61,512 nt of DNA from Methylophilaceae bacterium (GTDB lineage Bacteria; Pseudomonadota; Gammaproteobacteria; Burkholderiales; Methylophilaceae), in NCBI GenBank assembly GCA_046153505.1, contig JBJXDT010000095.1, forward strand, positions 1 through 61,512, written 5' to 3'. The translations under genes were made by a program, and so were the position numbers. Numbering within the stretch: position 1 is the first letter of the stretch; every line of letters starts with the position of its first letter. The notes beneath the pieces are model-generated. The model had not been told where the DNA came from. It was given only the letters and a program-made list of their open reading frames with translations, and searched no databases. Shown piece by piece: positions 9,079 to 19,020 of this stretch.

Positions 9079-11403
9079 TTATAAAATGGAAGCTGCTTCA
9101 TGGAGATTCATTTCTGGAACAATCACCGGTATTTTAACAGTAAAAACACTGCCTACTTCTGGTTGGCTTTGTGCTTCAATCGTACCCCCTAACAACTGCG
9201 TTGCAATCTTTTGAGTCAAATACAAGCCCAAGCCCGTGCCTAGTATCCTAATTTTTAAGCGTGACTCCACCCGCTCAAAGGGAGTGAATAGCTTTGCTAA
9301 TCCTGCACTATCAATGCCAATACCCGTATCGATAAATGCAATAGAAACTTGACCCTTAAACTGTGTCACCTTGACTTCAACCGAGCCTCTTTCGGTGTAT
9401 TTCACGGCATTACTTAGAAAATTCAAGACGACTTGATAAAGCCGTTTCCGATCCGTTTCCAGCATTAAATTACTGGCGCAAGCAATTTTTACTTTTAACT
9501 CTTTTTCAGTTGCAATATGCCTTACCACCTGTTCAGCCTCTTCTAACAAGGGTAACAAATCAAATTTCTCTTTATGCACCTGCAAAAAGCCTGCCTCTAT
9601 TTTAGAGATGTCAATAACATCAGAAATTAGTGCAAGTAAGTGCTTGGCCGAGTGATAGGCACGATTCAGTTGATCGCGTTGTTTAGGATTAATGTCACCC
9701 GACATGCCCTGAATCACCACACTTAAAAAACCAATAATGGAATTAAGCGGGGTACGGAGCTCATGCGACATAGATGCAACAAACATAGATTTAATGCGGT
9801 CAGCGGATTCCGCAGCTTCGCGCGCCTTTAATAGCTCAGACTCAATCGCCTTTTGGATACTCATATCCTGCGCAATTGCAAGAATCACCGGGTTGCCATC
9901 CTTGTCATAATCTAAGCTAGCAGAAATCGTATATTCCCGCACATCGCCATCAGCACGTCGCATCTGCAACTCGTGTCCTTGCAGTTTCTCTCCTGAGATG
10001 ATTCTTTTAAACAAGGTCAAATGTTGTTTTCTGATATTTTTGTTCGAAAATAGCGCGTAGAAAGTTTTGCCAATTGCGTAATCATATGAGTAACCAGAGA
10101 TGCTCTCAATTTCTGGATTCATATCAATCACTTTTGTGGTTTTATCCATATATAAAATGGCCGCAGGAACACGCTGCAACACAAATCGGAATCTTTCCTC
10201 GCTTTGTTTTAATGCCAGCTCTGCTGCTTTTTGCTGAGTCATGTCTTGGGCAATTGCCAGAATAAAAGGGTTGCCATTGGAGTCAATTTCTAAACTTCTA
10301 GAAATTGAAAGGTCGATTAATGAACCATCTGCACGCTTTAGCTGGGCATCTTGGCCATACATTTTTTCTCCTGCAACCAGCCTAGCAAGAACATGCTTCG
10401 CTTGATCCTCGAGACCTGGTGGCACAAATAGATCAAGATAAGACTTACCAATCACGAACTCTTTACTATAGCCAGAAAGCCTTTCAGCCTCGTGATTTAA
10501 GTCCAGCACAACACCCCGCGTATCCATATACAAAATTCCTGCAGGTGCACGGGCCACCAAAAACTCGAACATTTTTGCGTTGTTCTCAAGGGCATTGGTG
10601 CGCAATTGCACTAATGCCTCTAGCTGCTCTTGGTGTTCAACTAACTCAGCTTCCGCAATACGACGCCGGTGCGTCTCAATAGTTAAGCTGCCTAAGTCTG
10701 CCAATGATCCTACGAAATTTTGCTCATCCAACGTCCATTCACGTGCGCCACCTATGTGTTCGTGACAAACCACACCAACGATTTTGTCATTTAACCATAT
10801 CGTACCGTCCAATAACGCCCCAATTCCCTGCGCAGGCAGATATTCAGCTACAAACTCTTTTGTGGCTTCGTGCGTCATGGCATCGTGCGCTGCAATAACT
10901 CGACTCTTGGCAAGCTGCTGAAAGTAAACAGGGAATTCTTTAGCGCGCAGCACTTCGCCAGCAAAATGCAATCCCGAACTACGATGATAGATGTCTGCAC
11001 AATGTAAAATTTGCTGATCGTCTGAGAACAACCAAAATGCAACACGCTCCACTTCTAATGTCTCTGCAGAGAGTTGCGTAATTTGTTGAAACACTTCTTC
11101 AGGGGTGCGCCAATTTTTGAGTTGATTGGCGGTAAGCTTAGCTAAAACCTCTTGCTGACGTATGAGGCGAAAATCCGTTTGTTGAAGCTTTTCTTGCGCG
11201 GATTCTTTATCTTGAATTTGTTGTTTAAGATTATTTACCAAATGCCAAACTTGTTTATCTCGGCGTAAACTGCCCAAAATAAAACCCAGCAAAACGGCGA
11301 ACAGAAATAAACTTAGCGCATATAAGCCGACTAATGCATTTTTTGAAATGAGTTGAGGTTCAAAATATTGGACTAACAGTAAACATGCAATAGAAACAAG
11401 CAA
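9079..11403 (-). CDS. Membrane sensor histidine kinase (2 TM - coiled coil - GAF - PAS - PAS - HisKA - HATPase_c)
   Basis: H-box SMSHELRTPLNSIIG and G-boxes DTGIGI / GTGLGLYL. Two PAS-like repeats share ...ILAIAQDM(T/S)(Q/I)QKA... It starts with TTG and has no receiver domain. Confidence 0.9.
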   Translation of the reverse strand: MLVSIACLLLVQYFEPQLISKNALVGLYALSLFLFAVLLGFILGSLRRDKQVWHLVNNLKQQIQDKESAQEKLQQTDFRLIRQQEVLAKLTANQLKNWRTPEEVFQQITQLSAETLEVERVAFWLFSDDQQILHCADIYHRSSGLHFAGEVLRAKEFPVYFQQLAKSRVIAAHDAMTHEATKEFVAEYLPAQGIGALLDGTIWLNDKIVGVVCHEHIGGAREWTLDEQNFVGSLADLGSLTIETHRRRIAEAELVEHQEQLEALVQLRTNALENNAKMFEFLVARAPAGILYMDTRGVVLDLNHEAERLSGYSKEFVIGKSYLDLFVPPGLEDQAKHVLARLVAGEKMYGQDAQLKRADGSLIDLSISRSLEIDSNGNPFILAIAQDMTQQKAAELALKQSEERFRFVLQRVPAAILYMDKTTKVIDMNPEIESISGYSYDYAIGKTFYALFSNKNIRKQHLTLFKRIISGEKLQGHELQMRRADGDVREYTISASLDYDKDGNPVILAIAQDMSIQKAIESELLKAREAAESADRIKSMFVASMSHELRTPLNSIIGFLSVVIQGMSGDINPKQRDQLNRAYHSAKHLLALISDVIDISKIEAGFLQVHKEKFDLLPLLEEAEQVVRHIATEKELKVKIACASNLMLETDRKRLYQVVLNFLSNAVKYTERGSVEVKVTQFKGQVSIAFIDTGIGIDSAGLAKLFTPFERVESRLKIRILGTGLGLYLTQKIATQLLGGTIEAQSQPEVGSVFTVKIPVIVPEMNLHEAASIL

Positions 11404-11546
11404 TACTGCAAGCAGGCAATTAGTGATGAAATTTTTCTTATTAAAAATTCTAGTGCTCCCAACACGTTAGCACAAAATCAAAACCACACAGTATGTGTTC
11501 AATTCGAAAATAACTATATCACCAAACAACCTATCAAAACAGCAAC

Positions 11547-11975
11547 TTATGCATCTTGATTGCGCATAAAATCAGCAACTCCATACAATTGTTCAGCCAG
11601 TTTGGTCATCAGATTATCTTCAATCTTTAAATGCACCATTGCTTGAACCATGCAGTACATCCATTGATCACGTTCGCTCTCACCAATGGCAAACGGCATA
11701 TGCCTTGCACGTAAACGCGGATGTCCATAGCGCTCAATATAGAGCTGCGGACCGCCTGTCCAGCCCGTTAGAAACATAAAGAGTTTTTCGCGCGCTTCGG
11801 TTAAATTTTGAGCATGATAAGCACGTATTCCAGCAGCTTTTGGGTCGTTATCCATAATGTCGTAAAATGTCTCGACTAACGCACGAATATTGGCTGTGCC
11901 ACTAATTTCGCCTCCAAGAAGCTGGTAAAACGTGGCTTTACTGCTTCCTACTTCTTCAGTTTTATCTAACATCAT
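11547..11975 (-). CDS. glbO: Group II (O-type) truncated haemoglobin
   Basis: 142 aa with TFYDIMD (B9-B10 FY), IRAYHAQ, FLTGWTGGPQLY, GHPRLRARHMPFAIG (proximal His) and ERDQWMYCM (G8 Trp). Confidence 0.85.
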   Translation of the reverse strand: MMLDKTEEVGSSKATFYQLLGGEISGTANIRALVETFYDIMDNDPKAAGIRAYHAQNLTEAREKLFMFLTGWTGGPQLYIERYGHPRLRARHMPFAIGESERDQWMYCMVQAMVHLKIEDNLMTKLAEQLYGVADFMRNQDA

Positions 11976-11985
11976 TTATTCAAAT

Positions 11986-13191
11986 TTAAGCTTGCGGTTT
12001 TACCAAACTTGCTGCCAACTTAGCGCGACTTCTTGCTTCATCCGTGTCAATGCCCGTTGCTAGTGCCACGCCCATGCGTCGTTTCACAAAAGATTCAGGT
12101 TTTCCGAATAAGCGAACGTCGCTGCAAGGCACATCCAGAGCGGCTTCCAGACCAGTATATTTGAGATTTTTGCTTTCTACCCCGCCATAAATCACAGCGC
12201 TAGCGACTGCACTTTTCATGCTCATATCCACTGGCAAACCTAAAATTGCACGTGCGTGTAATTCAAACTCACTCAAGCGTTGCGAACACATCGTGACCAT
12301 ACCCGTGTCATGCGGGCGCGGACTGACTTCCGAAAACCAAACTTGGTCGCCCTTCACAAACAATTCAACGCCAAACAAGCCCAAGCCACCAAGAGCATCT
12401 GTGATTTTTTTAGCCACATCCTGCGCAGCTTTTAACGCATTCAGTGTCATGACCTGTGGTTGCCAACTTTCCACATAATCGCCACTTTTTTGCACGTGAC
12501 CGATTGGCTCGCAAAAGTAGGTTTGAATTTCACCCTGTGCATTTTTTGCACGCACGGTTAGCAAGGTAATTTCATAATCAAAATCAATTTGACCTTCTAC
12601 TATCACCACACCTAGATTGACTCGCCCACCTGTTGCGGCGTAATTCCAAGCTTTTTTAACCTCGCTTTGTTGTGTGACACGCGACTGCCCTTTACCTGAG
12701 GAGGACATGGTTGGTTTAATAAAACATGGGTAACCAATACCCGCATCGATGCTGGCTTGCAGCTCGGCTTCTGAGCGCGCGAATGCATATGGTGAAGTTG
12801 GTAACTTGAGTTCTTCAGCAGCTAACCGGCGAATACCTTCTCTGTTCATGGTGAGTTGCACAGCTTTAACAGTGGGGATGACAGTGATGCCTGATTGTTC
12901 TATATCTGCAAGCGCATCAGTATTGAGCGCCTCGATTTCAGGCACAATTAGATGCGGCTTTTCTTTAGCTACCAACGCCTTTAATACGGTAGCATCTGTC
13001 ATATCAATGGTGTAAGCACGGTGTGCGACTTGGTGACCGGGAGCGTTGTCGTAACGATCAACCGCTATTACCTCTACGCCTAAACGCTGCAAGGCGATGA
13101 TAACTTCTTTCCCCAGTTCGCCGCTTCCCAAAAGCATGACTTTAGTGGCAGATGGACTAAGTGGTGTGCCCAAAATAAGTGATTGTTGCAT
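11986..13191 (-). CDS. purT: Formate-dependent phosphoribosylglycinamide formyltransferase (GAR transformylase 2)
   Basis: PurT-like over the full length: [66 protein letters not shown] and RRMGVALA. Confidence 0.95.
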   Translation of the reverse strand: MQQSLILGTPLSPSATKVMLLGSGELGKEVIIALQRLGVEVIAVDRYDNAPGHQVAHRAYTIDMTDATVLKALVAKEKPHLIVPEIEALNTDALADIEQSGITVIPTVKAVQLTMNREGIRRLAAEELKLPTSPYAFARSEAELQASIDAGIGYPCFIKPTMSSSGKGQSRVTQQSEVKKAWNYAATGGRVNLGVVIVEGQIDFDYEITLLTVRAKNAQGEIQTYFCEPIGHVQKSGDYVESWQPQVMTLNALKAAQDVAKKITDALGGLGLFGVELFVKGDQVWFSEVSPRPHDTGMVTMCSQRLSEFELHARAILGLPVDMSMKSAVASAVIYGGVESKNLKYTGLEAALDVPCSDVRLFGKPESFVKRRMGVALATGIDTDEARSRAKLAASLVKPQA

Positions 13192-13281
13192 GGGAATTCC
13201 ATAGATGTAGGGATTCCCTAAATTCTAACATGAAGCCATGTGAATTAAGCATGCCCTATGTGAAGGTCATGTCTGCAGACG

Positions 13282-13311
13282 AAAAAAAAACGGCTCAAAA
13301 ATGAGCCGTTT
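13282..13311 (-). terminator. Intrinsic terminator after the TonB-dependent receptor gene
   Basis: The minus-strand RNA reads AAACGGCUCA-UUUU-UGAGCCGUUU followed by a U-run (A9 on the + strand). The stem is 10 bp. Confidence 0.85.
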
Positions 13312-13330
13312 AAACTAAGGAGAACTACTT

Positions 13331-15592
13331 TTAATCCAAGTCTGCGCTTGATGATTTTTTTGTACCAAATTCATACGTAACGCCAATCCAACCAGCACGC
13401 GGCGCAGCTGGTGAACGGAATTGCTCTGGTGTCGGGTTATTCAAAGTATCTAAGTTAAAAATATTACCACCCAATACGCCAAAGGTTTGATAATCTTTAT
13501 CGAACAGATTGTTTACTTTAGCGAACAATTTCCAATTTGGCGTAATGCTGTAATGCGTGTCTAGATTAACTACAGCATAGCCTGGCACTTTACCATTTTT
13601 ATCTTGGTTGTTTTCGTCGCCACGCGCATATTGGCCAGAAGATAAAATCAGATTCGAACCAACATTCCAACTTGGGGTAATGTCGTAAGCAGCACGTAAT
13701 TTAAGCGTCTGATGAGCAATACCAGGAATTTTATTGCCTTTGGTAACTTGAATTTGATCAGCCCCGTCCTTAGTGCTATTTGCTGGGGAGCCCACCGTAA
13801 AATCTGATTGGTAAGTCGCATCAACAAAACCATAATTGACAGACAATGTTAATGCCTCATATTTACCGTTTAAGCCAAGCTCTAAGCCTTGGCGACGTGT
13901 GTCACCGACATTTTTAAAGTATCCTGTACTTGCCAAATTGCTCGCGATGAATTGAATGTCGTTGCTGTTCGTTGTGGTATAAAGGCCTGCATTCCAACCG
14001 ATATCCTTCGTCAATTTACCACGCACCCCACCCTCCCAAGTTTTAGCGACAACTTTTTCAAGATGTGGGTCAGCAGCAAAGGCGTTTGGTAATGAACATG
14101 GCCGCGTTTCATCCGCACAAGATAGCTCTACAGGGGTTGCAGCACGCATGCCCTCGTTGTAGCCACCATAAAAACCCAAATTTTCACTTGGGTTATAGTT
14201 AAAACCTATCGCGGGGTTAAAGCGGCTGTAACGATGATTACCATTTAAATCACCTTGAGCACTTCCGTCTTGCAAATCACTAAATCCAGAAAGCTTAACT
14301 TTTGCAATGTTGTAACGTCCAGAAAGTGTCATGTGCAACTGATCCGTCCAAGAGAACGTATCCGTTGCATAAAAACCATAGTAATCATTTTTAGTTTTCA
14401 ATCTAACGATACCGTTACCTACCAAAGGGTTATCGGTCACTGTTTCGCGTCCAACCACAGAAGCAACAAAAGAGTCGCTTATAAAATCGGTACGGCCTAA
14501 ATCAACACTAGTACCAACGGTAAACTGGTTTTTGTGACCCCTTAAATCACCCAAAAGGGTAAGTTGCAAAGCAGCACCATAGCCATCTTGGTCAGTAGTA
14601 GTGGAAATATTGCTTGAGTCCGCAGGATCGGCAGTTTCAGCATTACTGTTAAAGCCTTTGCTTTTGTTTTTGCGGTAATAAACATTACCCGCAATCAATT
14701 TATCATCTGATAAGAAGTGGCTCCCTTTAAGGTTAATTAAAGCCATGCGGTTACCGATTGAATCGGGGTAAGTGTATGGTTTTTTTGGATTATTTAGCTC
14801 AGACAATGGGACAGCCTGAGTGCCTTCCATATCAGTATCAGCAAGGGCAACAGATATATCTAAATCACTGGTGTCATCTTGCCAGCCCACTTTACCAAAA
14901 ATTTGCTTTACGTCTGAGCTTGAATGTTCGCGCCAACCATTTTCTTTAAAGATATTACCTGCGACAAAATAATCCAGATTATTTTCTTTGCTTACACCAC
15001 CTGCCTCAAACTCAAATGCACGACGCGCCCATGAACCGCCATACACTGTCGCTTTAAAACCTGGGAATTGCTCACCGCTCTTGGTATGCACTGCAAGCGC
15101 ACCACCCAATGTGTTTAAGCCAAATAGCGGGTTTGAACCAGGGATTAAATTGATGTTGGCAATTGCATTGGTAGGTATTAAATCCCAGTTCACAATATCA
15201 CCAAAGGCTTCATTCACGCGCACACCATCCATGTACACTGACAGGCCTTGTGGCGTACCAAGCAGTGGCGACGCTGTAAAGCCTCGGAACTGCACATCAG
15301 CTTGGTATGGGTTTGCTACGGTGTTCGTGGTGTTTACCGAACCTAGGTTGTTATCCAAATACTCAGACAAATCCAGTGATTGTTGCTGATCAATGCTTTT
15401 TGCAGAACCCGTTTGCACATTCGACGGTACTTGATTAATCGGTGTTCCGATGCTTGGTAATGGGGTAGTGCCGACCACCTCAATCGTGCTGGTCTCAAGG
15501 ACTTCTGCTTTATTCTCAGCCTGAGCAAACTGCGCATAAAAAAATACGCTAGCTACTGCAAGTGTAATGGGCTTAATAGAGTTATTTTTCAT
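13331..15592 (-). CDS. TonB-dependent outer-membrane receptor, substrate unknown
   Basis: It has a signal peptide (...FAQA), a plug region (IEVVGTTP...QFRGF...VYMDGVRVN) and a long beta-barrel ending ...GWIGVTYEF plus an 11-aa extension. The ATG at 15592 is preceded by GAGGAA. The track ORF begins at 15613. Confidence 0.9.
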   Translation of the reverse strand: MKNNSIKPITLAVASVFFYAQFAQAENKAEVLETSTIEVVGTTPLPSIGTPINQVPSNVQTGSAKSIDQQQSLDLSEYLDNNLGSVNTTNTVANPYQADVQFRGFTASPLLGTPQGLSVYMDGVRVNEAFGDIVNWDLIPTNAIANINLIPGSNPLFGLNTLGGALAVHTKSGEQFPGFKATVYGGSWARRAFEFEAGGVSKENNLDYFVAGNIFKENGWREHSSSDVKQIFGKVGWQDDTSDLDISVALADTDMEGTQAVPLSELNNPKKPYTYPDSIGNRMALINLKGSHFLSDDKLIAGNVYYRKNKSKGFNSNAETADPADSSNISTTTDQDGYGAALQLTLLGDLRGHKNQFTVGTSVDLGRTDFISDSFVASVVGRETVTDNPLVGNGIVRLKTKNDYYGFYATDTFSWTDQLHMTLSGRYNIAKVKLSGFSDLQDGSAQGDLNGNHRYSRFNPAIGFNYNPSENLGFYGGYNEGMRAATPVELSCADETRPCSLPNAFAADPHLEKVVAKTWEGGVRGKLTKDIGWNAGLYTTTNSNDIQFIASNLASTGYFKNVGDTRRQGLELGLNGKYEALTLSVNYGFVDATYQSDFTVGSPANSTKDGADQIQVTKGNKIPGIAHQTLKLRAAYDITPSWNVGSNLILSSGQYARGDENNQDKNGKVPGYAVVNLDTHYSITPNWKLFAKVNNLFDKDYQTFGVLGGNIFNLDTLNNPTPEQFRSPAAPRAGWIGVTYEFGTKKSSSADLD

Positions 15593-15701
15593 ACATTCCT
15601 CATGAAGATTCAATTTCTTTGATTTTGTTGATTGGAATATACAAAATAACGCAGTTTAAAGCATTAGGAAAAGTTCCCGCAAAACGCCTTGTCTTAAAAA
15701 A

Positions 15702-16343
15702 TTAACTGCTAATGATGCCAGCCCGCATAGCAAAGCGCACCATCTCAACTGGACTATTGATACCAAGTTTTTGCTTGAGGCTTGTTTGATGGTTTGATAC
15801 CGTTTTACTACTAATATTGAGTACCTGGGCAATCGAATCACAATCGCCGCCTTCTGCCAGCAAACGAAAAATCTCGAACTCCCTGGGTGAAAGTTGTTGC
15901 AGAGGATTAGTTTCGTCATCCAAGTTGTCTAGCGCTAATATCTTCGCCAGCGAAACATCTATGTATATTCGCCCTGCCAGCACCGCCTCCATTGCGTTTA
16001 TTAGCTCATCCGCCAAACCACTCTTTGGTAAATACCCCTTAGCACCAGCTTTCAGTGCTTGTCTAGCAAACACAGCACTCTCGTGCATACTGAGGACTAA
16101 AATTTTTGCTGTAGGGTAGCGCATTACAATACGACCAATAGCCTCTAACCCGCCTATACCGCGCATGGTTAAATCCATCACTGTTAAATCGGGCAGATGC
16201 TCGCCAAACAACTGATATGCCAGCTCACCACTTTCTGCTTCTGCAACCACACTAAAACCCGCTCGTTGTTCGAGCAAACGGCGAATTCCTGCGCGAACCA
16301 CGGAATGGTCATCAACTAATAAAATACTAACTGGGGCGCTCAT
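15702..16343 (-). CDS. NarL/FixJ-family response regulator (REC + LuxR-type HTH)
   Basis: ILLVDDH, DLTVMDLTMRG, VLSMH, SPREFEIFRLLAEG and IAQVLNISSKTVSNH. It overlaps the upstream kinase gene in ATGA. Confidence 0.92.
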   Translation of the reverse strand: MSAPVSILLVDDHSVVRAGIRRLLEQRAGFSVVAEAESGELAYQLFGEHLPDLTVMDLTMRGIGGLEAIGRIVMRYPTAKILVLSMHESAVFARQALKAGAKGYLPKSGLADELINAMEAVLAGRIYIDVSLAKILALDNLDDETNPLQQLSPREFEIFRLLAEGGDCDSIAQVLNISSKTVSNHQTSLKQKLGINSPVEMVRFAMRAGIISS

Positions 16344-17671
16344 GAATGAAGTGGCAATGAAGCCATAATTTCTGTGCCTCTTTTGTCGGAATGGATAGCA
16401 ATAACACCCCCCAAACCCTCAACACGCTCGCGCATACCCAGCAAACCGAAGCCACCCAAATCTTCCATTTCAAAACCTTTGCCGTTATCTTTTACGTAAA
16501 TATTCAATTGATTTCCTTCCATTTTTAAATCAATTGAAACTGCGCTAGCCTCAGCATGACGTGTTACATTGGTTAAACACTCTTGCGCCAATCGATAAAC
16601 TGTAACACGCTGCGCTTCGTTCATTACATCAGGTAATTTTCCCTCAATATTCAAGGTGCAGTAACAACTTTCGTTGCGCGTTTGCCAAATGACTGTCAAT
16701 TCCTGCAAGGCATCTTCCAAACCAAGTTCATCCAGCGCACCAGGGCGCAAACGTTGCAATAGTCCGCCTACCATTTCCATTAAGTGTTTGGAAAGCTTTG
16801 CAATGGCAGTTGCACTGTCTTTGAGCTCAGGATACTTTGTTTTCGCCAATTGTAGCACTACGCTGGCATCTGCATGAATTGCTGTTAAACTTTGAGCAAA
16901 CTCGTCGTGCAAATCACGCGCAAGATTTTTACGCTCAGACTCCTGCAAGTTAATGAGCTGCTGCGATAGCTGATGATTACGACGAATACTTTGCTCAAGC
17001 GTTTCAACCATGTGATTGAATTTGTCGCCAATACGTGCCAACTCAGGTAATTTAAAGGCTGGCAAACGTGCCTGCATGTCTCCACCTTCAACAAGATTTA
17101 GCGTGTGCAAAATACTTAAAGTAGGTTCAAGCGCTTTACCTAGCGCCCAGAAAATAACCAAATTAATAGCAATAAAAAATAAAGCAAGTAGCAAAAGCAA
17201 ATCCATCATTTGCTTCCAAATTTCAGCATACTCATAGGTTGGGTCAGGCGTAATCACTAAGTCACCAAGCAACTTATCTTGATACAATACAGGCCGCTTG
17301 AGCGATTGCCAGCTTGGTGAAAATGAATCTAGCGCGCGCTTAAACCATGCTGGCGGCGCATTGCTTTGTACAACGTCCAACTGTCTATTGCTGTCCACAA
17401 GTCTGTGCTCAGCATCATAAAACTCAATGCGCACATGCCGCATATGCTTAAGACTTTGCAAGCGTAATGGCTTGCTGGAAGCTTTGTTAAATGTTGTGCC
17501 AATATTTTGTAGAACGCCAGTATCAAACAAGTACAAAGCCAGTTTTTCTGTTGATTCAACTTCAGCGCGTACGTTTTGTCGAGCATTGATAATATTAAGC
17601 ACAATGCCTGCCAGAAACACGAAGCCAAGCAACAATGTAATGATAAGGTTTAAGCGTAATTTAAGACTCAT
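16340..17671 (-). CDS. Sensor histidine kinase, HisKA_3 (NarX/UhpB-type), with TM - periplasmic domain - TM - HAMP
   Basis: H-box DLHDEFAQSLTAI, NVTRHA, DNGKGF and GFGLLGMRERV. The ATG at 17671 (MSLKLRLN...) forms an ATGA overlap with the tilS stop. The track ORF starts at 17689. Confidence 0.88.
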   Translation of the reverse strand: MSLKLRLNLIITLLLGFVFLAGIVLNIINARQNVRAEVESTEKLALYLFDTGVLQNIGTTFNKASSKPLRLQSLKHMRHVRIEFYDAEHRLVDSNRQLDVVQSNAPPAWFKRALDSFSPSWQSLKRPVLYQDKLLGDLVITPDPTYEYAEIWKQMMDLLLLLALFFIAINLVIFWALGKALEPTLSILHTLNLVEGGDMQARLPAFKLPELARIGDKFNHMVETLEQSIRRNHQLSQQLINLQESERKNLARDLHDEFAQSLTAIHADASVVLQLAKTKYPELKDSATAIAKLSKHLMEMVGGLLQRLRPGALDELGLEDALQELTVIWQTRNESCYCTLNIEGKLPDVMNEAQRVTVYRLAQECLTNVTRHAEASAVSIDLKMEGNQLNIYVKDNGKGFEMEDLGGFGLLGMRERVEGLGGVIAIHSDKRGTEIMASLPLHS

Positions 17672-19020
17672 GACGCGTGTGCCATCCATTGAATGACATA
17701 GCCAGACTCATGCGCTTTTGCCTGCAACTCTGCGGCAGCGCCAAGGTTGGGAATGTAAGCCAAAGTTTCATCCATAAATACAAGAGGTAGCTTTTCACGC
17801 TGCCAAGGTGGCATAGCGCTTGTCTGCAAAACAACCTTCAAGGTGCGTGATGGACGCCCAAGTTCCGGCCTAAAACGTTCTCCACCTTCACGATTTTTAA
17901 TTCGTAATTTAACGCCTGGAGATAAAACAATGCCTTCGCCTAGCTTTTTGGTAAAAACCAGCATCGAGCTATCGGGTAACGCCATTTCCGACTCACCTTG
18001 CCATAGTAAATTGATAGGCGCTGATTTAGCCAATTCTTTAACCAAATAGATATTGCTTTGAAAGCGGCGTATATATTGGCTCTCAGCCACTTTAATTTTG
18101 ACCAATGCGTCGGATTTTGCATATAACACTTGTTGCAGAATTTGCTGCAACTGCTTTGCGCTAGGCATGCCAATTTGATTTTGGGCTAGCCAAAAACGCA
18201 TTAGATTTGATTGGCGAGGCACGCTCAGGAGTTTAAAAGCTTCTAAACTGATTTTTTGGTCATGTATAAAGGTTTTCGCATCAAGCTGAGCCAAATCATC
18301 TAACAGCTCACTAGCATCTGCCAAATTTTCCGCGGCTCTACTTAGTGTTTGAGTAATTGCAGGATAGCGCAGTTGCAACGCAGGCAACACCGAATGTCGT
18401 ATATAGTTGCGATCAAAGTGAGTGTCATCATTGCTTTCATCCTCGATCCACTGTAAACGATATTGCTTGGCGTAACCTTCTAGCTCAAGTCGACTGAAAT
18501 TGAGCAAAGGTCTTAATAGTTTTCGTCCGTAATCTTGTTGAGCCATCCCCGCCAGGCCTTTTACACCAGCACCACGCGCAAGTTGCAATAGTAATGTTTC
18601 TGCTTGGTCGTTTTGATGGTGCGCAAGGCAAACAAAATCAGCATTTGTGCTACTCAAGCAGGCGTAGCGAGCTTTACGGGCTGCGGCTTCTATGCCTAAG
18701 CCGCTAGTTTTATCTAGCGTAACCTTATGAACTTTAATGGGAATATTTAAATCATCACAAGTTTTTGTACAAAATGTCGCCCATTCATCTGCATTCTTAC
18801 TCAAACCATGATGTACATGCATGGCACTCAACTGAAATGATAAATCTGAACGTAACTTAGACAAGAGGTGCATTAAAACCGTTGAATCCAAACCGCCGCT
18901 AAACGCGATGAGTAGGTGCGCGTTTAATTGCTTTGGCTCTGAAAAAACATCGGCTAAAAACTGCTGAACGTAAGTGGAGATTGTGTCGCGCTTATTTGCT
19001 GGCTTCTTTAAATTTGCCAT
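17668..19020 (-). CDS. tilS: tRNA(Ile)-lysidine synthetase
   Basis: PP-loop [14 protein letters not shown] and [12 protein letters not shown], with a C-terminal substrate-binding domain. It sits in the conserved dnaE-accA-tilS position. Confidence 0.92.
   Translation of the reverse strand: MANLKKPANKRDTISTYVQQFLADVFSEPKQLNAHLLIAFSGGLDSTVLMHLLSKLRSDLSFQLSAMHVHHGLSKNADEWATFCTKTCDDLNIPIKVHKVTLDKTSGLGIEAAARKARYACLSSTNADFVCLAHHQNDQAETLLLQLARGAGVKGLAGMAQQDYGRKLLRPLLNFSRLELEGYAKQYRLQWIEDESNDDTHFDRNYIRHSVLPALQLRYPAITQTLSRAAENLADASELLDDLAQLDAKTFIHDQKISLEAFKLLSVPRQSNLMRFWLAQNQIGMPSAKQLQQILQQVLYAKSDALVKIKVAESQYIRRFQSNIYLVKELAKSAPINLLWQGESEMALPDSSMLVFTKKLGEGIVLSPGVKLRIKNREGGERFRPELGRPSRTLKVVLQTSAMPPWQREKLPLVFMDETLAYIPNLGAAAELQAKAHESGYVIQWMAHAS

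Noticed and set aside
13192-13281. A purine or ZTP-type riboswitch, or a PurR box, upstream of purT. The region contains GGGAATTCC and TAGGGATTCCCTA near-palindromes.
   Set aside because: The leader is under 90 nt and lacks the conserved cores of those riboswitches as I remember them. The palindromes are short and overlap the ribosome-binding region. They are noted but not called.
15593-15701. A Fur box or riboswitch upstream of the TonB-dependent receptor gene.
   Set aside because: I saw no GATAATGATAATCATTATC-like sequence by eye, and the spacer is too short for a cobalamin or other large riboswitch.
15656-15919. An 87-aa minus-strand ORF overlapping the 3' end of the NarL-type regulator gene and extending into the spacer.
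   Set aside because: It is out of frame with a clearly supported LuxR HTH-coding region and has no independent signals.
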